A DNA stretch of 64,000 nt. Origin: the human T2T-CHM13v2.0 reference genome, Homo sapiens. The stretch lies in assembly GCF_009914755.1 (NCBI RefSeq), contig NC_060935.1; one strand, 5' to 3'. This document shows positions 32,345-44,019 of this stretch, piece by piece (position 1 is the stretch's first letter; each line of letters starts with the position of its first letter). Under the pieces are notes generated by a model, which worked only from the letters and a program-made list of their open reading frames with translations, searched no databases and had not been told where the DNA came from. Made by a program: the position numbers and the translations under genes.

Positions 32345-34072
32345 CTAAAATATACCATATATTTATGAAGGTCTTTTTACAAATTTAACCCAAAAAAATT
32401 GCTTCAGGAAAATACATCTGTCAGAATATGTCTCTTGCTCGCCTCTCCCCTGAAGGCCATAAATCCAATATTCGCCATCTAGTTTTATTTATTGAAGATA
32501 CTTATTTAATGAAAAATTAAAGCCAAATAGCCTGAACAGAGGTTAAATGAAAATACACGACTATAAATATTACAAACTAAAGACGTGCAAAATAAACTGC
32601 CAGTCATTCCATTTCATGCACAAGCTCAATCCATGTCTAGGTCTTCCTACAGTTTTAAAAGAGCCTGTCTTCTATTTCTAAAAAAGATTCAAAGACATTA
32701 ACCACCAGGAGAGGTGAGCAGAGTGTGGATGGGGGCTGGGAGCCTAAGAGTGCCTGATACCCAATGACCAATATTTACACAATCATGATAATATGCCTGA
32801 ATCGACTACATAAATTACTCCATAATGGCTGCGAAAAAGCACACTGTCTCAGAATGATGCCCTCGACTTGCTGACAGCGCATCAAATCACAATCTCTTTC
32901 TCACAAAGGAGAAAGCAAAAGTGACCTTCCAGCATATGCAGTGCTTTTAAACTACCCCGGGAAGCCGATCCCCGTGGAGGCTCCACTTCAAACAGCGGAG
33001 AACAGCAAATGCCTGCTGGCCAGAGAGCCTCGCCCGCCAGGCCGGGGCCCCAGGGTTCGAAGTTAACGGTCAGTCTGGAATCTCGGCCTCAGCAGTGGGA
33101 CCACCCGGAGGGGTGGGGGTACATGTTCGAAAGAAAAGGACTCACTTAAATGGAGAAACCCGGATTAGGAAAGAGAGAAAGCAGCGGCAGCAGACACGGG
33201 TGAGTTAGGCGTTAGGCAAATGTTTGCCCACGAGGGGAGGACAGAACGGCCTCATCCACCCAGTGCCCAGAGTAGACATTCAGTATCCATCTGTAGGATT
33301 AAAAAGACAAGGACACAGCCTCGGCCCCTGGGAAAGCTGGGGAAGGGCGCAGCGGGGAGACTGATGACAAGCCGGGTGCATCCGTCACTCCCACCCTGGT
33401 CATCCAACCCCGGATCGCAGTGCACACCCCACGCACCTCCCGGGCCCGGTCCTCGCTTTTCTGAAGACAGCACGACAGCCTCCTCGCCCCTCAGCCGGGG
33501 ACGAGGCAGGACCCGTCAATCCTTAATTTGTTTTCCCTTGGGGTGGGGAGGCGGTGACTATTCCAACTTCTTTTCGGCCGCCCCGTGGGAAAAGCAGGCC
33601 AAACCCTAAGGCTAGGCTAGAAACAAATCCCCCGCAAATTTGCAAACGGGCGGGGCTGGCGACAAGCGGCTGGAGGGCTCAAAGCTGGTGCAGACTAAAC
33701 AATCACACACGCACAAGGCTCTGCAAAGCTGCAGGGGCGTCCCCGCCTCCCCCTCGGTGCAGCCCCGAGAATGCACTTTGCAGCGGGCAGCATTGCCATG
33801 CGCGCGCACACACACAAATGCACACCCGAAACTCTTGTGAAATGTCTGGGGGTCTCCTGCGTTAGAGGACGGACGAGCCCCGGCGGCCCCTCTGTCGGAA
33901 AGGCAACTCACACGCGCGCCCCCCACCTGGAGCCGGCGGCAAGTCGGTGACAAGCCCAAGACGAGGGCGGTCACGGCCCCTTGCGGGAGGGGGAAGGGGC
34001 GCAGCGGTCGCCCCAGCCGCGTTCCGCGTACGCATCTCTCCGAACCCCAAAGCCCCCCAGCTGCGCCCTTAC
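32345..34072 (-). other. FCHSD2: FCHSD2 intron 1
   Basis: GT...AG between exons 1 and 2. Confidence 0.93.
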
Positions 34073-34093
34073 CTTCCTCGGCGGCGGCTGCAT
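34073..34093 (-). CDS. FCHSD2: FCHSD2 coding exon 1 (MQPPPRK)
   Basis: The minus strand reads cagcatc ATG CAG CCG CCG CCG AGG AAG|gtaagg: A at -3, canonical donor at 34072-34067, and an in-frame TGA 18 nt upstream (34111-34109). It splices in frame to exon 2, giving the recognised FCHSD2 N-terminus. Confidence 0.97.
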
Positions 34094-34540
34094 GATGCTG
34101 AAGGGACATCAATCCTCCCCGACGGCAGCGTTAGCAAGGACCAGGAGGAGGAGGAGGGCCGGAGAGGAGGGGACGGCCCAGCGAGCGCGCGCGTGTGTGA
34201 AAGGAGCGCTTAAGAAGCAAGACTTGCCCCGGAGGGAGCAGGCCAGCGGGCGGCAGGCGGACCCCAGCCAGAGAGCGAGTGTGAGGAGACGAGGGAGGAG
34301 CACCGGGAAGGCTTGGGGCCCGGGCGGCCCGGGCGGCCCGGGGGTGTGTGAGGAAGGAGGCGGAGACGGCGAGGGGGCGGGGGCCCCAGGAGCAGGGGCG
34401 CGAGGGTCTCAGCCGGCCGGGCGGCGGGTTAGCCGCAGCCGCGTTGTCCGCGCTCCCGGTCGGCCGCCTGCGCCGCCGCTCCCGGCGGACGCAGCGGCCC
34501 CCACCCCACCCACTCAGGCGGCCCGGCCCTCGCTGGGCCT
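34094..34540 (-). other. FCHSD2: FCHSD2 5' UTR portion of exon 1 (exact TSS not determinable)
   Basis: GC-rich sequence directly upstream of the ATG, ending near GC boxes at ~34546. The upper bound is an estimate. Confidence 0.55.
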
Positions 34541-35024
34541 AACGCCCCCGCCCGCCCGGGAGGAGGAAGGTGGCGCCGCTCTCCCCGCTAGGGCTCCACC
34601 ACTCAGGCCGCGGGAATTTCCGGCCTCGCCGCGCGGCGCAGCGCCCCGCTCCGGATGCTGAGGGAACCGCTCTGTCCAGAGCGGGGTTCGAGGGGCCGGT
34701 CCGGGCTGCCAGGAGGGAGCTAGGCCACGGCACGGGGCTTCGTACCGCGGCAGGGGAAGGGGGAAGCTAACGGATTGGTCGGTGGGTGGGAGGTGTAGAA
34801 ACGCCAGCGCCACGCGAAAATCCCCCCTTTCTCTCCGAGAGTGGCACGTTCCAGACGCCTCCTGCCCTCCCTCCCCCACGCTGGGAGCCAGCCGGGGGCT
34901 TCCCGCGCGCTTTCCCGCCAGCTCGCCCCGGCGCGCGCGTCTCCGCTCGGGGGCGCGCACGTGGGCGGGAGAGGGCTCCGCGCCGACGCACGCGCACAGG
35001 CCGCCCCCGCCTCCTGCCTGCCTT

Positions 35025-35027
<3 letters not shown>

Positions 35028-35089
<62 letters not shown>
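35028..35089. repeat. (GT)31 perfect microsatellite
   Basis: Uninterrupted GT run counted directly. Confidence 0.97.
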
Positions 35090-35095
<6 letters not shown>

Positions 35096-36249
35096 GCGCG
35101 GGGGACGACGCTCGCAGGGAAACGTTTGCAGTGGGGAGGGGGGCGCAGCATGCCTGTGGGATACGAGAATTCCGGCGTTTTCTTCCTCTCAGCCCCTCAA
35201 CACCCTACTCTCCCTACCAGCTAGATGTGCGCGAGAGAGGCGAGCAAGGACAAGTCGCTTTGCGGCTGGCCGCAGGTGCCAGGCCATTGCGATTGTAGGG
35301 CGGAAAGGCAGTTGCTCTGCAAAGGAAACGGCGGCACTCTACTGCAGGGCATTCAAGTCAAACATCACTGACTCCGCTGAGAGGGAGCCAAGAGAACGTT
35401 AAGGCCGAGGCCCCCGTTTCACAGACGGGGAGGCAAGTGCCCATAGAGGGAAGCCTTTCTAAAGGTTACACAGCAGGACTAGAATCTGCGTCAGGAAGTG
35501 TTCTATGGGTTATTTTAAAAAAGAAACAGGTGCAGGATAATAAGCACGAGGAAAAGTAGAAGAGGCAGGAGAGGCCATAGAGGAAGCCCTTGTCTGGGAG
35601 TCAGGATCTCTGGGTGCCAGTCCACTTTGCCTGCTCCTTAACAGGCTAGGTGAGCTCGGCTTCCTTATCTGCCAGTGAGGGTGCTTATCTAAGCAGTGCA
35701 CCCCACCACCACACATGAACCTTCCTGCTCTGTTCAGACCATCTACGGGGGAGTTTATCGACCTCCCTTGGGGTCCTCAGAAGAGGAATACCTCTTCCCC
35801 ATGCCCAGGGAGGTTTTTTTTTTTTTTTTTGAGTCACGGGGCTGTGTGGAGGCTGAGCTGGATTACTCCACCGTTTTTTCAGAAGTTGAGATCCCAGACA
35901 GCTGTTCTCAGAAGTGCAGTCAGGCCTAAGAGGAAGGTGAATGAGGCCTGGATAGACGAGTAACTTCCCAGATGACCACATGACCAGAAATTGAAAAGGT
36001 GGAACTTCAACCCAGGTTGTTTACATTGAGTTAGACTAGATTCTTGTACAGAAAAGTGACAGAGCTGTGTTTTGAATAAGATTAATCTAGAGCTGTGTAT
36101 GAACTAGGAGACTAGTCTTGCTTTTTCTGGCTTCAAAAGTTAGCCCTTCACCAGAATCCTTAATCAAATCAGGGAAGGCCTGGGGCAAGGGGACAGGTGG
36201 ATGGAGGCCCAGGGCCCTGACAGCTGCGGGGTGGCAGCTAGAGCCCAGG

Positions 36250-36436
36250 CCATAGGTAGCGTAGGCTGGGCTCCAGTCTCAGCTCCACCACCAATTTATT
36301 GTGAAGCGTTGAGCTAGTCAATTCACTTATTTCAGCCTTGTTTCCTCACTTGTAAAATGGAGGTATAATGCTAGCCTCATAGGCTTACTGTATTAAATAG
36401 AATTTCTCCTACCACAGGGCCTGGCATGTAGTGCTT
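36250..36436. mobile_element. MIR
   Basis: agccttgtttcctcacttgtaaaatggagg...acagggcctggcatgtag. Confidence 0.7.
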
Positions 36437-36452
36437 AATAAGTGCTTATTGA

Positions 36453-36768
<316 letters not shown>

Positions 36769-39700
36769 TTATTGATTCATCATTCATTCAAAAAATACTT
36801 GCTAAAGTCCTGCTTTGTTCCAAGCCTGTGCCAGGCACTGGGGTTCTAGAGATGAGCAAGATAGAATCAGCCTTCGCCAAGACTGAGTTCCAGACCAACC
36901 ATTCCTTGAATGACACTGGGCTAGTGGAAGAGGAGTAACACAGTACTTGGCCCGGATGCAGTGTCATGCACATAACAAGTGCTTAACAAAGATTTGCTGA
37001 ATCCTAGTCTTGGGTGCAACTGGTCTGGCCCAGAGATTATCCTCCCTTCACCTCTCTTCTTAGGAAGTGAGCACTGGGGTATAATGGTGCTGGATGTTGG
37101 GAGACATGGGATCCAGCCTCTACCATGGATCTAGTGGGTCTTCTCTGGGCCTTGGTGCTGGCCTGCAGAATAAGATAAGTGAGTGAGCCTAGAACTTAGG
37201 AGGCTCTTCACAGAAGAAGTCAGACCCTGGGGATTTCGTTTATGCATATAGGAGGGCATCCTCTACCTGATTTGCCACCGTTCTGAAGCCAGGAGTGGCA
37301 CTGACTTTCTGGAATGATTTCCTTTGGAAGTGTTATAAAGAGCTAAGGGCAATACCAGATGGGCTTACCTACTAACTCCTATTTCAAAACTGTGATTTAA
37401 AAAAATTGTTTTAATACTTACCAAGTGTCTCTTCCAAACCCTAAACTTTCATATTACTTTTCCAAGCTAATCTTTACCCATGAGATAGTATTCGTTTCTT
37501 CATTTTTACTGATGGAGAACTGGAGGCTCAGTGGGGATAAGTGACTTGCCCTGACATGATAGACTTCAGACCATAACCCAGTTGTCCGATGAGGAATGTT
37601 CGTGTATGAAGAATGTTCAAAGGAATTGGGAGAGTTCCTAACGCAGGAAAATAAGCAGACCCAGGAGGATACAATCCATTATGTTCCAGACTCTAGGGGA
37701 CCAGGGAAGGGATTTCTGTGACTTATGTAAGCCTGACTTGAAATGTACCATTTTGAACAGGGTTGGGGACTTCCAGAGCCTTGCTCCTGCAATGCAGGCA
37801 AGCGCTGTGTTGCCAGTAGCATTGCTTGAGATTCTTTGGGGAAATGGTGCAGAGCAGCAGGCACTATGGCCCCAGAGACAAAACTGGGACAGGTGTTAGC
37901 TGCATCTCAGGAAGGAACTTTTCCAGGCAGAGCTACCCCTGGAAGGAGTGAGCTCCCTGTCCCTGGGGCTGTGCAAACAGGTTCTGGCTCCCTTCCATCA
38001 AGGAGACCACAGATGGGATCTCACTCTGAAAAGAAATTAATAACAGCTGCCATTTATTTTGCCTCTTCCATGTTCCAGACATTAAAATAGGCGTGTTATT
38101 TACATTGTTTCCAACATTCACAACAACTCCTCATAATACATATAACCCCATTGCACAGGCTGCAGCTCAGAAGTGAAATGACCTACCCAAGGTCACACAG
38201 CTAGTGAAGGAAAGGGAGGGCTGGCCCCTGGCTCTGAAGCTGTGCTCTCCCTCCAGCATGCTGCAGTGCAGTCTCCCATTTCATTAGGAATATGATTCTA
38301 AGGTTAAGTCAGAGCTAGGATCAAAAACTGGCCTGGAGCAGGTATATGAATGGGTATCAGAAGATCAGCTGTTCTGATATTCCAGGGCTCCTGGGAAAAC
38401 TGGCAGGGAGACAAAGTATACAGCGGCCCTTTAGCATGGCCAGAACATGAGTAGCACACTACTCCCCATCCAGAGCACGCACCTAGGACAGTTTGACTTC
38501 GTCAAAGGCTCTCTTCAGAGAAAGTAGCTGCCAGTCCCCCTGCCCACACTGCACCAAAGCATCCCTGACCGTTCCTGCAGTTGGGGTCCATCAGCTCTCT
38601 CTACTCTGTCTTCCTCTGTGTCATTATCCCCCACCTGCATTGACACAGACTGCTCAGGAATACTTGTTAGCACGTCTGGATGCCAGCTATTCCCTGCCTG
38701 GGCCCCACCAAGTCCAGCTGGGGATGCTGCGGCAGACAGTGTGGTCTATGGACCCCATCCCCATTCATCTCCTTCCTACCCCTAGTCACCTTTCCCTACC
38801 CATGCCTTTGCTCCCTGAGCTAATTCCCTCAACACCAGCCTCCTGCCAGCCTGATGTGAGAGTGTGCCAGTCTCTTCCACTATCAGCTCTCAGGACAGAA
38901 TCCCAGCACAGGTAAATGAGACTTCAAGATTGGTGGCCACCAGAAGAGAGCAGGGGCTCTCCTTAAGACACATAGTGAGTTTGTTCAAGGCACTAGGCCT
39001 TGAATTCCATAGTATCACTCAACAAGCCCTTATCCTGGGCTTAGTCATAAGCAGGTCTCTGAGGTGAGGAGCTGCCCACCAGGAGCTCCCAATCTCAATA
39101 CAGAGACCAAGGTCACAGCAGTGAAACATGCAGGGCCAGGAGGGTCATAGGGACCCAGATCCTACCAGGTGGTAGCAGAGATCTAAGGCCAGAGGCAAGT
39201 CCCTAAGAAGCAGGCACTGGGACCAGGAATTATCTTGTCAAGTGTTGCCCCTACCAGGGAATATTACAACTTTGGGTGGCAGGGGTGGGGGTGTACGGTA
39301 AATGAGCAGTCAGTCCCAGGGCTATGGTAGGAGCTGATAGGCACATGGTTTTAACATTACAAGGCAGGAAACCACGGTGCTAATTCTATCTCTGCCAGGT
39401 ACTCACTGAGTGTGACCTCTAGCGCATCACTGTCCTCTCAACCTTGGTTTCTACATCTATAAAATAGGAATAATAAATTCCATCCTGTCTTCCTCTTGGA
39501 GGGCTGTGCAGGTTAAATGAAATAACAGGTAAATGGTCTGCAAGGGCTGAGGAGCCACATAAACAAGTAACTGCTGATCCTGGGACACATCAGGGAAGGT
39601 TGAGTGACCACCTGTATTGAACGCTGATCAGCACCTTCCGCCATGAGCTGCACTGTGATTAGGCACCAATGAGTAAAATACTTTTGGTGGAGGGATGAGG

Positions 39701-40899
39701 TTACAGGGGTCTGAGGTCAAGCAAACCTGGGTTAGATGTCTATTTCTCCTCTGCCAAGCTTAGAGTTTTTGATCAAGTCTTGAAACCTCTTTTCAGCCAG
39801 GTTTCCTTGTCTATAAAGGAGAGATAATGGCTCTTTGCAGGGTTGCAGTGGGAATCAAATGGGAATGTTTATGTAAAGTGCCTGCAACTGTGCTGGCCCA
39901 CAAGTGTGTTTCCTTTGTTGAGTTTTCCTTCAGTTTCCCGTCATTTTGTTATGGCTTTATTTGTAAGTTAAAAAATAAACCACAAAAAGAGGAATTTCCA
40001 TGGGGGAGATTGAGCCCCACTAGAATCTTAGTTCTGCTCCTTACTCATTGTGAGGACCTGGAAAGTCCCTGCCTCTCCCTTAGCCCGGGTTTTCTCATCT
40101 GTAACACCAGGGGTTCCACCAGGGAGTTTCTCCAGAGCCTAGCCTGGGAGGTATGGGATGCTACCAAGTCTGTGAGCCCCTTTCAGGGAAAGGACCCTTC
40201 AGGCTGAGCTGGGTAAGGAGGGCCAGGCAGGGATCAGGGGAGAGAGAGGAGAGTTGTGGGAGAGGGACAGCAGGATGCAGAGGTGGCAGTTCTGTCACCA
40301 CCATGGGCTGGCCTGTGAAGGGAGCAGGCCCTGTTCAGGATGCCTGCCTGCCTGTTTTCCCACAGCCTGCTGAGTTAATGCCAAAACAAAATACACTTGC
40401 TTGCTCCCTGCCCGAGGGCAGCAGGCCAAAATAAGTGTCCTGGAGGGCTGGCAGACACCCTGGCATCCCGCCTGTCCTCCGTGGGCATCCGCCCTTCCCC
40501 TGTCTGCGGCACCACCCTCAGCCAAAGCTGGCCTAGGGTGTGGAGAGGAGCCTCCCCAGGGTCTGCACTCCTCCTCCCATTTGCAGCCTTCGTAAGTGGA
40601 CACTTCCAACCCCTACACCTGCCTGTCCTCCCAGTCCAGCCTTGGCCCGAGATGTGATCTAATTCTCACTATGCTGCTGTGGGCAGAGCACATGGCATCA
40701 GAATGCTAGGAGCTGCTGTCGGGCGCCATGGGAGGGAATTCCCCAACTCAGGAAAGCTCTTCCAGCGGAAAGGAGCAGGTGGCGAGCCTCCCTGAAGAGA
40801 CAGACACTGCCAACGCTACAGGCAGAGCCAATCGTGGGGTAAGAAGTGTCAAATCTACCACCCCCGGCCTTCTGTCTGATGCTTGTCTACACTGTGTAC

Positions 40900-41130
40900 A
40901 TTAATAATAATAGCTCATGCTTTATAATAGTTACTATGTGGCAGACAGCCTTCCAAGCACTTCGCATAAAAAACTAATGTAATTCTCACAACTCTGAGGT
41001 AGGTACTATTACTAGCCTCATTTTACAGATGAGGCATTCACAGGTTAGGTATGCCTATGGTCATGCAGCCAGTGGCAAACTGAGATGTATACCCAATTAA
41101 CCAGGCTACAGGGTCTGTGCTGTTAACTGC
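40900..41130. mobile_element. MIR
   Basis: ctcacaactctgaggtaggtactattac...cattttacagatgagg. Confidence 0.75.
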
Positions 41131-42252
41131 TAAACTAATCTGCCACCAAAAAATGATATCCCCCATAAAACCCAGGTCCAAACTTGGAACATGACAAGAT
41201 GCTTGCCTTAGTACCTTACAATCCAATCATCTTTCCAACTTGCCTAAGCTGAGAATCACCAGGGGGTGCTTGTTTAAAATACATAGTCCTCTGTCCCTAG
41301 CCTCCAGCCCCACTCTGAGGATTCACTGAATTTGAAGTGGGAGGAGAGGCAGTGCCTGACATGTGGAAATCGCACCATAAATGCCTGTTAAATGAATGAA
41401 TGCTTCTGACTTCTCTGAGCCTCTGCTCATCTCTAAAATAGAGTTACAGCTCCCTACCCTCCCCCATTTCCAAGTGTGGCTGTGGGTTAAGCCAGTGTAT
41501 GTGTCTGCTCCAGCTTTGCTGGGTGTGGGAAATTGTTTATAAGCATACCCGGCTGGCTCCTAATAATAGCTGTAATAATAATAGCTGACATTTCTTGAAT
41601 GCTTAGGGGGTACCAGGCACAGCTCTGAGGGCTTTGACTGTGTTAACCCATTAATTCTCACAACACTCAATGGTCTTGATTGCAAGAATGGAGCTAAGTC
41701 ACTTGCCTGAGATCACACAATTAGTAAGAGGTAGGCTATTTGAACACAGATGGTCCTGCCCCAGTGTCTAGAGGTTAACCGCTCCATCACAATTACCAGA
41801 GTCACCCAGACCTTCCTCATGGGAACTGGGCTGCCACCATTTAATTGAGCAAATGATTTCTGTACCTGTAGTATTCTAGGAGGGGAGAATGAAAAGTTGA
41901 ATTAACAGGTACCCTCAATCTAGACGGAGAGGCAAGATATAGAATTCCCTAATGATTGTTTGAGTCTGAGTAATTCCAAAGCACAAAATCAAAGTGCTGT
42001 GGTTGTTCTAAGTGGGGGAAGACTGCCTCTGTCTAAAGGAGGGGCCCACGAGGGCTGCATTGGAAGTAGGCCTTGATGCATGGGAGGCAGGCACTCCCTG
42101 CGGAGGGACAGAGAGAGCGAAAACCACAAGCTGAATGGGCCTGAGCCACGTTTGGAAACATGGCTCTATCCATATTTCTCTTGGATAGAGAATCCTGTGA
42201 AATGAGGTAGATGGTGTAGCCTTGGGTGGCCCTCTTGAATGTCTGCTCACAA

Positions 42253-42325
42253 TTTCCTCCTTCCTTCCTTCCTTCCCTCCCTCCCTCCCTCCCTCCCTTC
42301 CTTCCTTCCTTCCTTCCTTCCTTCT
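42253..42325. repeat. (CCTT)n(CCCT)n(CCTT)n pure pyrimidine tract
   Basis: Seen directly; adjoins the tail of an AluJ. Confidence 0.92.
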
Positions 42326-42329
42326 GTCT

Positions 42330-42638
42330 TACTTTCCTGTTTGTTTGATTGAGATGGGGTCTTGCTCTCTCACCCAGGCTGGAGTGCAGTTGTGCAATCA
42401 CAGTTTGCTTGCAGCCTTGACCCCCTGGGCTCAATCAGTCCTCCCACCGCAGCCTGCTGAGTAACTGGGACTTCAGGTATATGCCACCATGCCTAGCTAA
42501 TTTTGTTGTAGTTGTTTTTTGTAGAGACAAGGTTTTGCCACATTGCCCAGGCTGGTCTCGAATGCCTGGGCTCAAGCAATTCGCCCAGCTTGACCTCCCA
42601 AAGTGCTGGGATTACAGGTGTGAGCCACCGCACCTGGC
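42330..42638 (-). mobile_element. AluJ
   Basis: Diverged dimeric Alu. Confidence 0.85.
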
Positions 42639-43159
42639 TCTGCTCCCAATTTTAAAAAGCAGTAGTCCTTTATGGTTTTATCACACTCCACAAATATTGG
42701 CTATCTCACTCATCCTATCAATGTCCCCATCCCCGTAGACTTCTGGGAGGAGATCTTGTTTGTGGCACCCAACAGGCACACTAGATGGATGGATTTCAAG
42801 GTCTGTAGACCCAGAGGTTTAACAGTAGTGGAACATTAAGTGTGGGCAGCCAGGTCATGGAATACAAGGCCCAGTCAGCAACCTAAGGGAGGATGTGCCC
42901 AAGGGCCTGCACAGGCCTGTCCTTTGCTCATATTCAGCCTATAACCTCACCTGCTGTGCTGAGCCTGTGACCGGGGGAGGTTTGTGAGTGAGTGGTCCAT
43001 AAGGAGAAGATGGGGTGTGTCTGAAAGACAAGATACCCTGGGCTTGGTCACACTAACTCCAGTACCTTTCCTGTCTGCACACTGGGCACTCAGCTTCCAA
43101 GTAGATGTGCACTTAGAAGCTGCACATCTCAAACAAACAAACAGGCACATCAGCTTCCA

Positions 43160-43480
43160 AGCAAGCCTGCTAATAGGCTATTTTGACCATGCACCCACTG
43201 CTCAAGACCCTTTTATGGCTGCCCACTGCCCTCCAAATTTAGCCCAAGCTTTTTAACCTGACATTCAAGGTCCTTCACTGTGTGACTCCAGCCAGCCTAC
43301 ATAACCTCATCTCTCAGTCCTACCATTTTAGGTACCCTTTGTTCCAAAGACACAGCATATATGTACACACACACAAACACACACACAACTTTTCCAGCAA
43401 CTCATCAGGCTCTTTAGCAACTTCATGCATCTGAACATGCTATTCCCTCTGCTTTTAACACCCTTCTCTCTTTTCTCTAC
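43160..43480 (+). repeat. Local direct duplication, copy 1 (L2-derived)
   Basis: Aligns with 45490-45791 at about 88-92% in ungapped blocks (by eye). Confidence 0.93.
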
Positions 43481-43702
43481 AGGGTCAGCTTAGGGTCTTG
43501 GTTAAGAGCTTGAGTCAAGTTCCAATTCAGACTGACCAGTTGGACCTTTGGCCCTGCTGCTCTCTAGCTGTGTGGCCTTAACTCCATAATCTGGATGCTG
43601 TGTACCTCTCCAACATGAGCTCACAGCATCTCCCCTCCACCGTGTTCTACTATGTTCTGCCCTGGGCCTGTTTACCCTTGGCACAGCTCTGACTCTCTCT
43701 GG

Positions 43703-43818
43703 GCCTGTGTCACTATATATGTTGGGATAATTCGGTACCCTTGAGGCCCACGTGCCTCTGTCACTCTGTATATTGGGATAATTCTGTACCCTTGAGGCCC
43801 ACATGCCTCTGTCACTCT
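43703..43818. repeat. 51-bp tandem repeat, ~2.3 copies
   Basis: gcct(g/c)tgtcact recurs at 43703, 43754 and 43805. Confidence 0.92.
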
Positions 43819-44019
43819 CTAGTCTGTCACTATCAAGACCAGAACATGCTTTCTAGATGGTACCGGAATTACTCTGAAAGTAAAGCTTCACCTGTTCTCT
43901 CTGGGACAGCTGGAAAAACCTCCAAACCAGCACCGATCACAGAGAAGTGACTGCATCAAGGCCAGAGGCATCTTCCAGATATTCCATCTGGGTGAGAATC
44001 TTTCAGCCATATCTGGAGA

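Larger units (their letters stand above)
33000..35430. promoter_or_regulatory. CpG island / FCHSD2 promoter
   Basis: Dense undecayed CpG and very high GC. GC box at 34546-34553, inverted CCAAT at 34774-34778, E-box CACGTG at 34958-34963, E2F-type TTTCCCGC at 34911-34918, kB site GGGAATTTCC at 34612-34621. Confidence 0.92.

Noticed and set aside
33220-35402. Long ORFs (100-226 aa) on both strands in the CpG island, including the CVCVCV / HTHTHT ORFs
   Set aside because: These result from stop-codon depletion in GC-rich DNA and from translation of the GT repeat; they have no protein-like composition. Only the 21-nt coding exon and the spliced uORF are supported.
43703-43818. CRISPR-like repeat array
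   Set aside because: A head-to-tail tandem duplication without unique spacers, in human DNA, with no cas genes.
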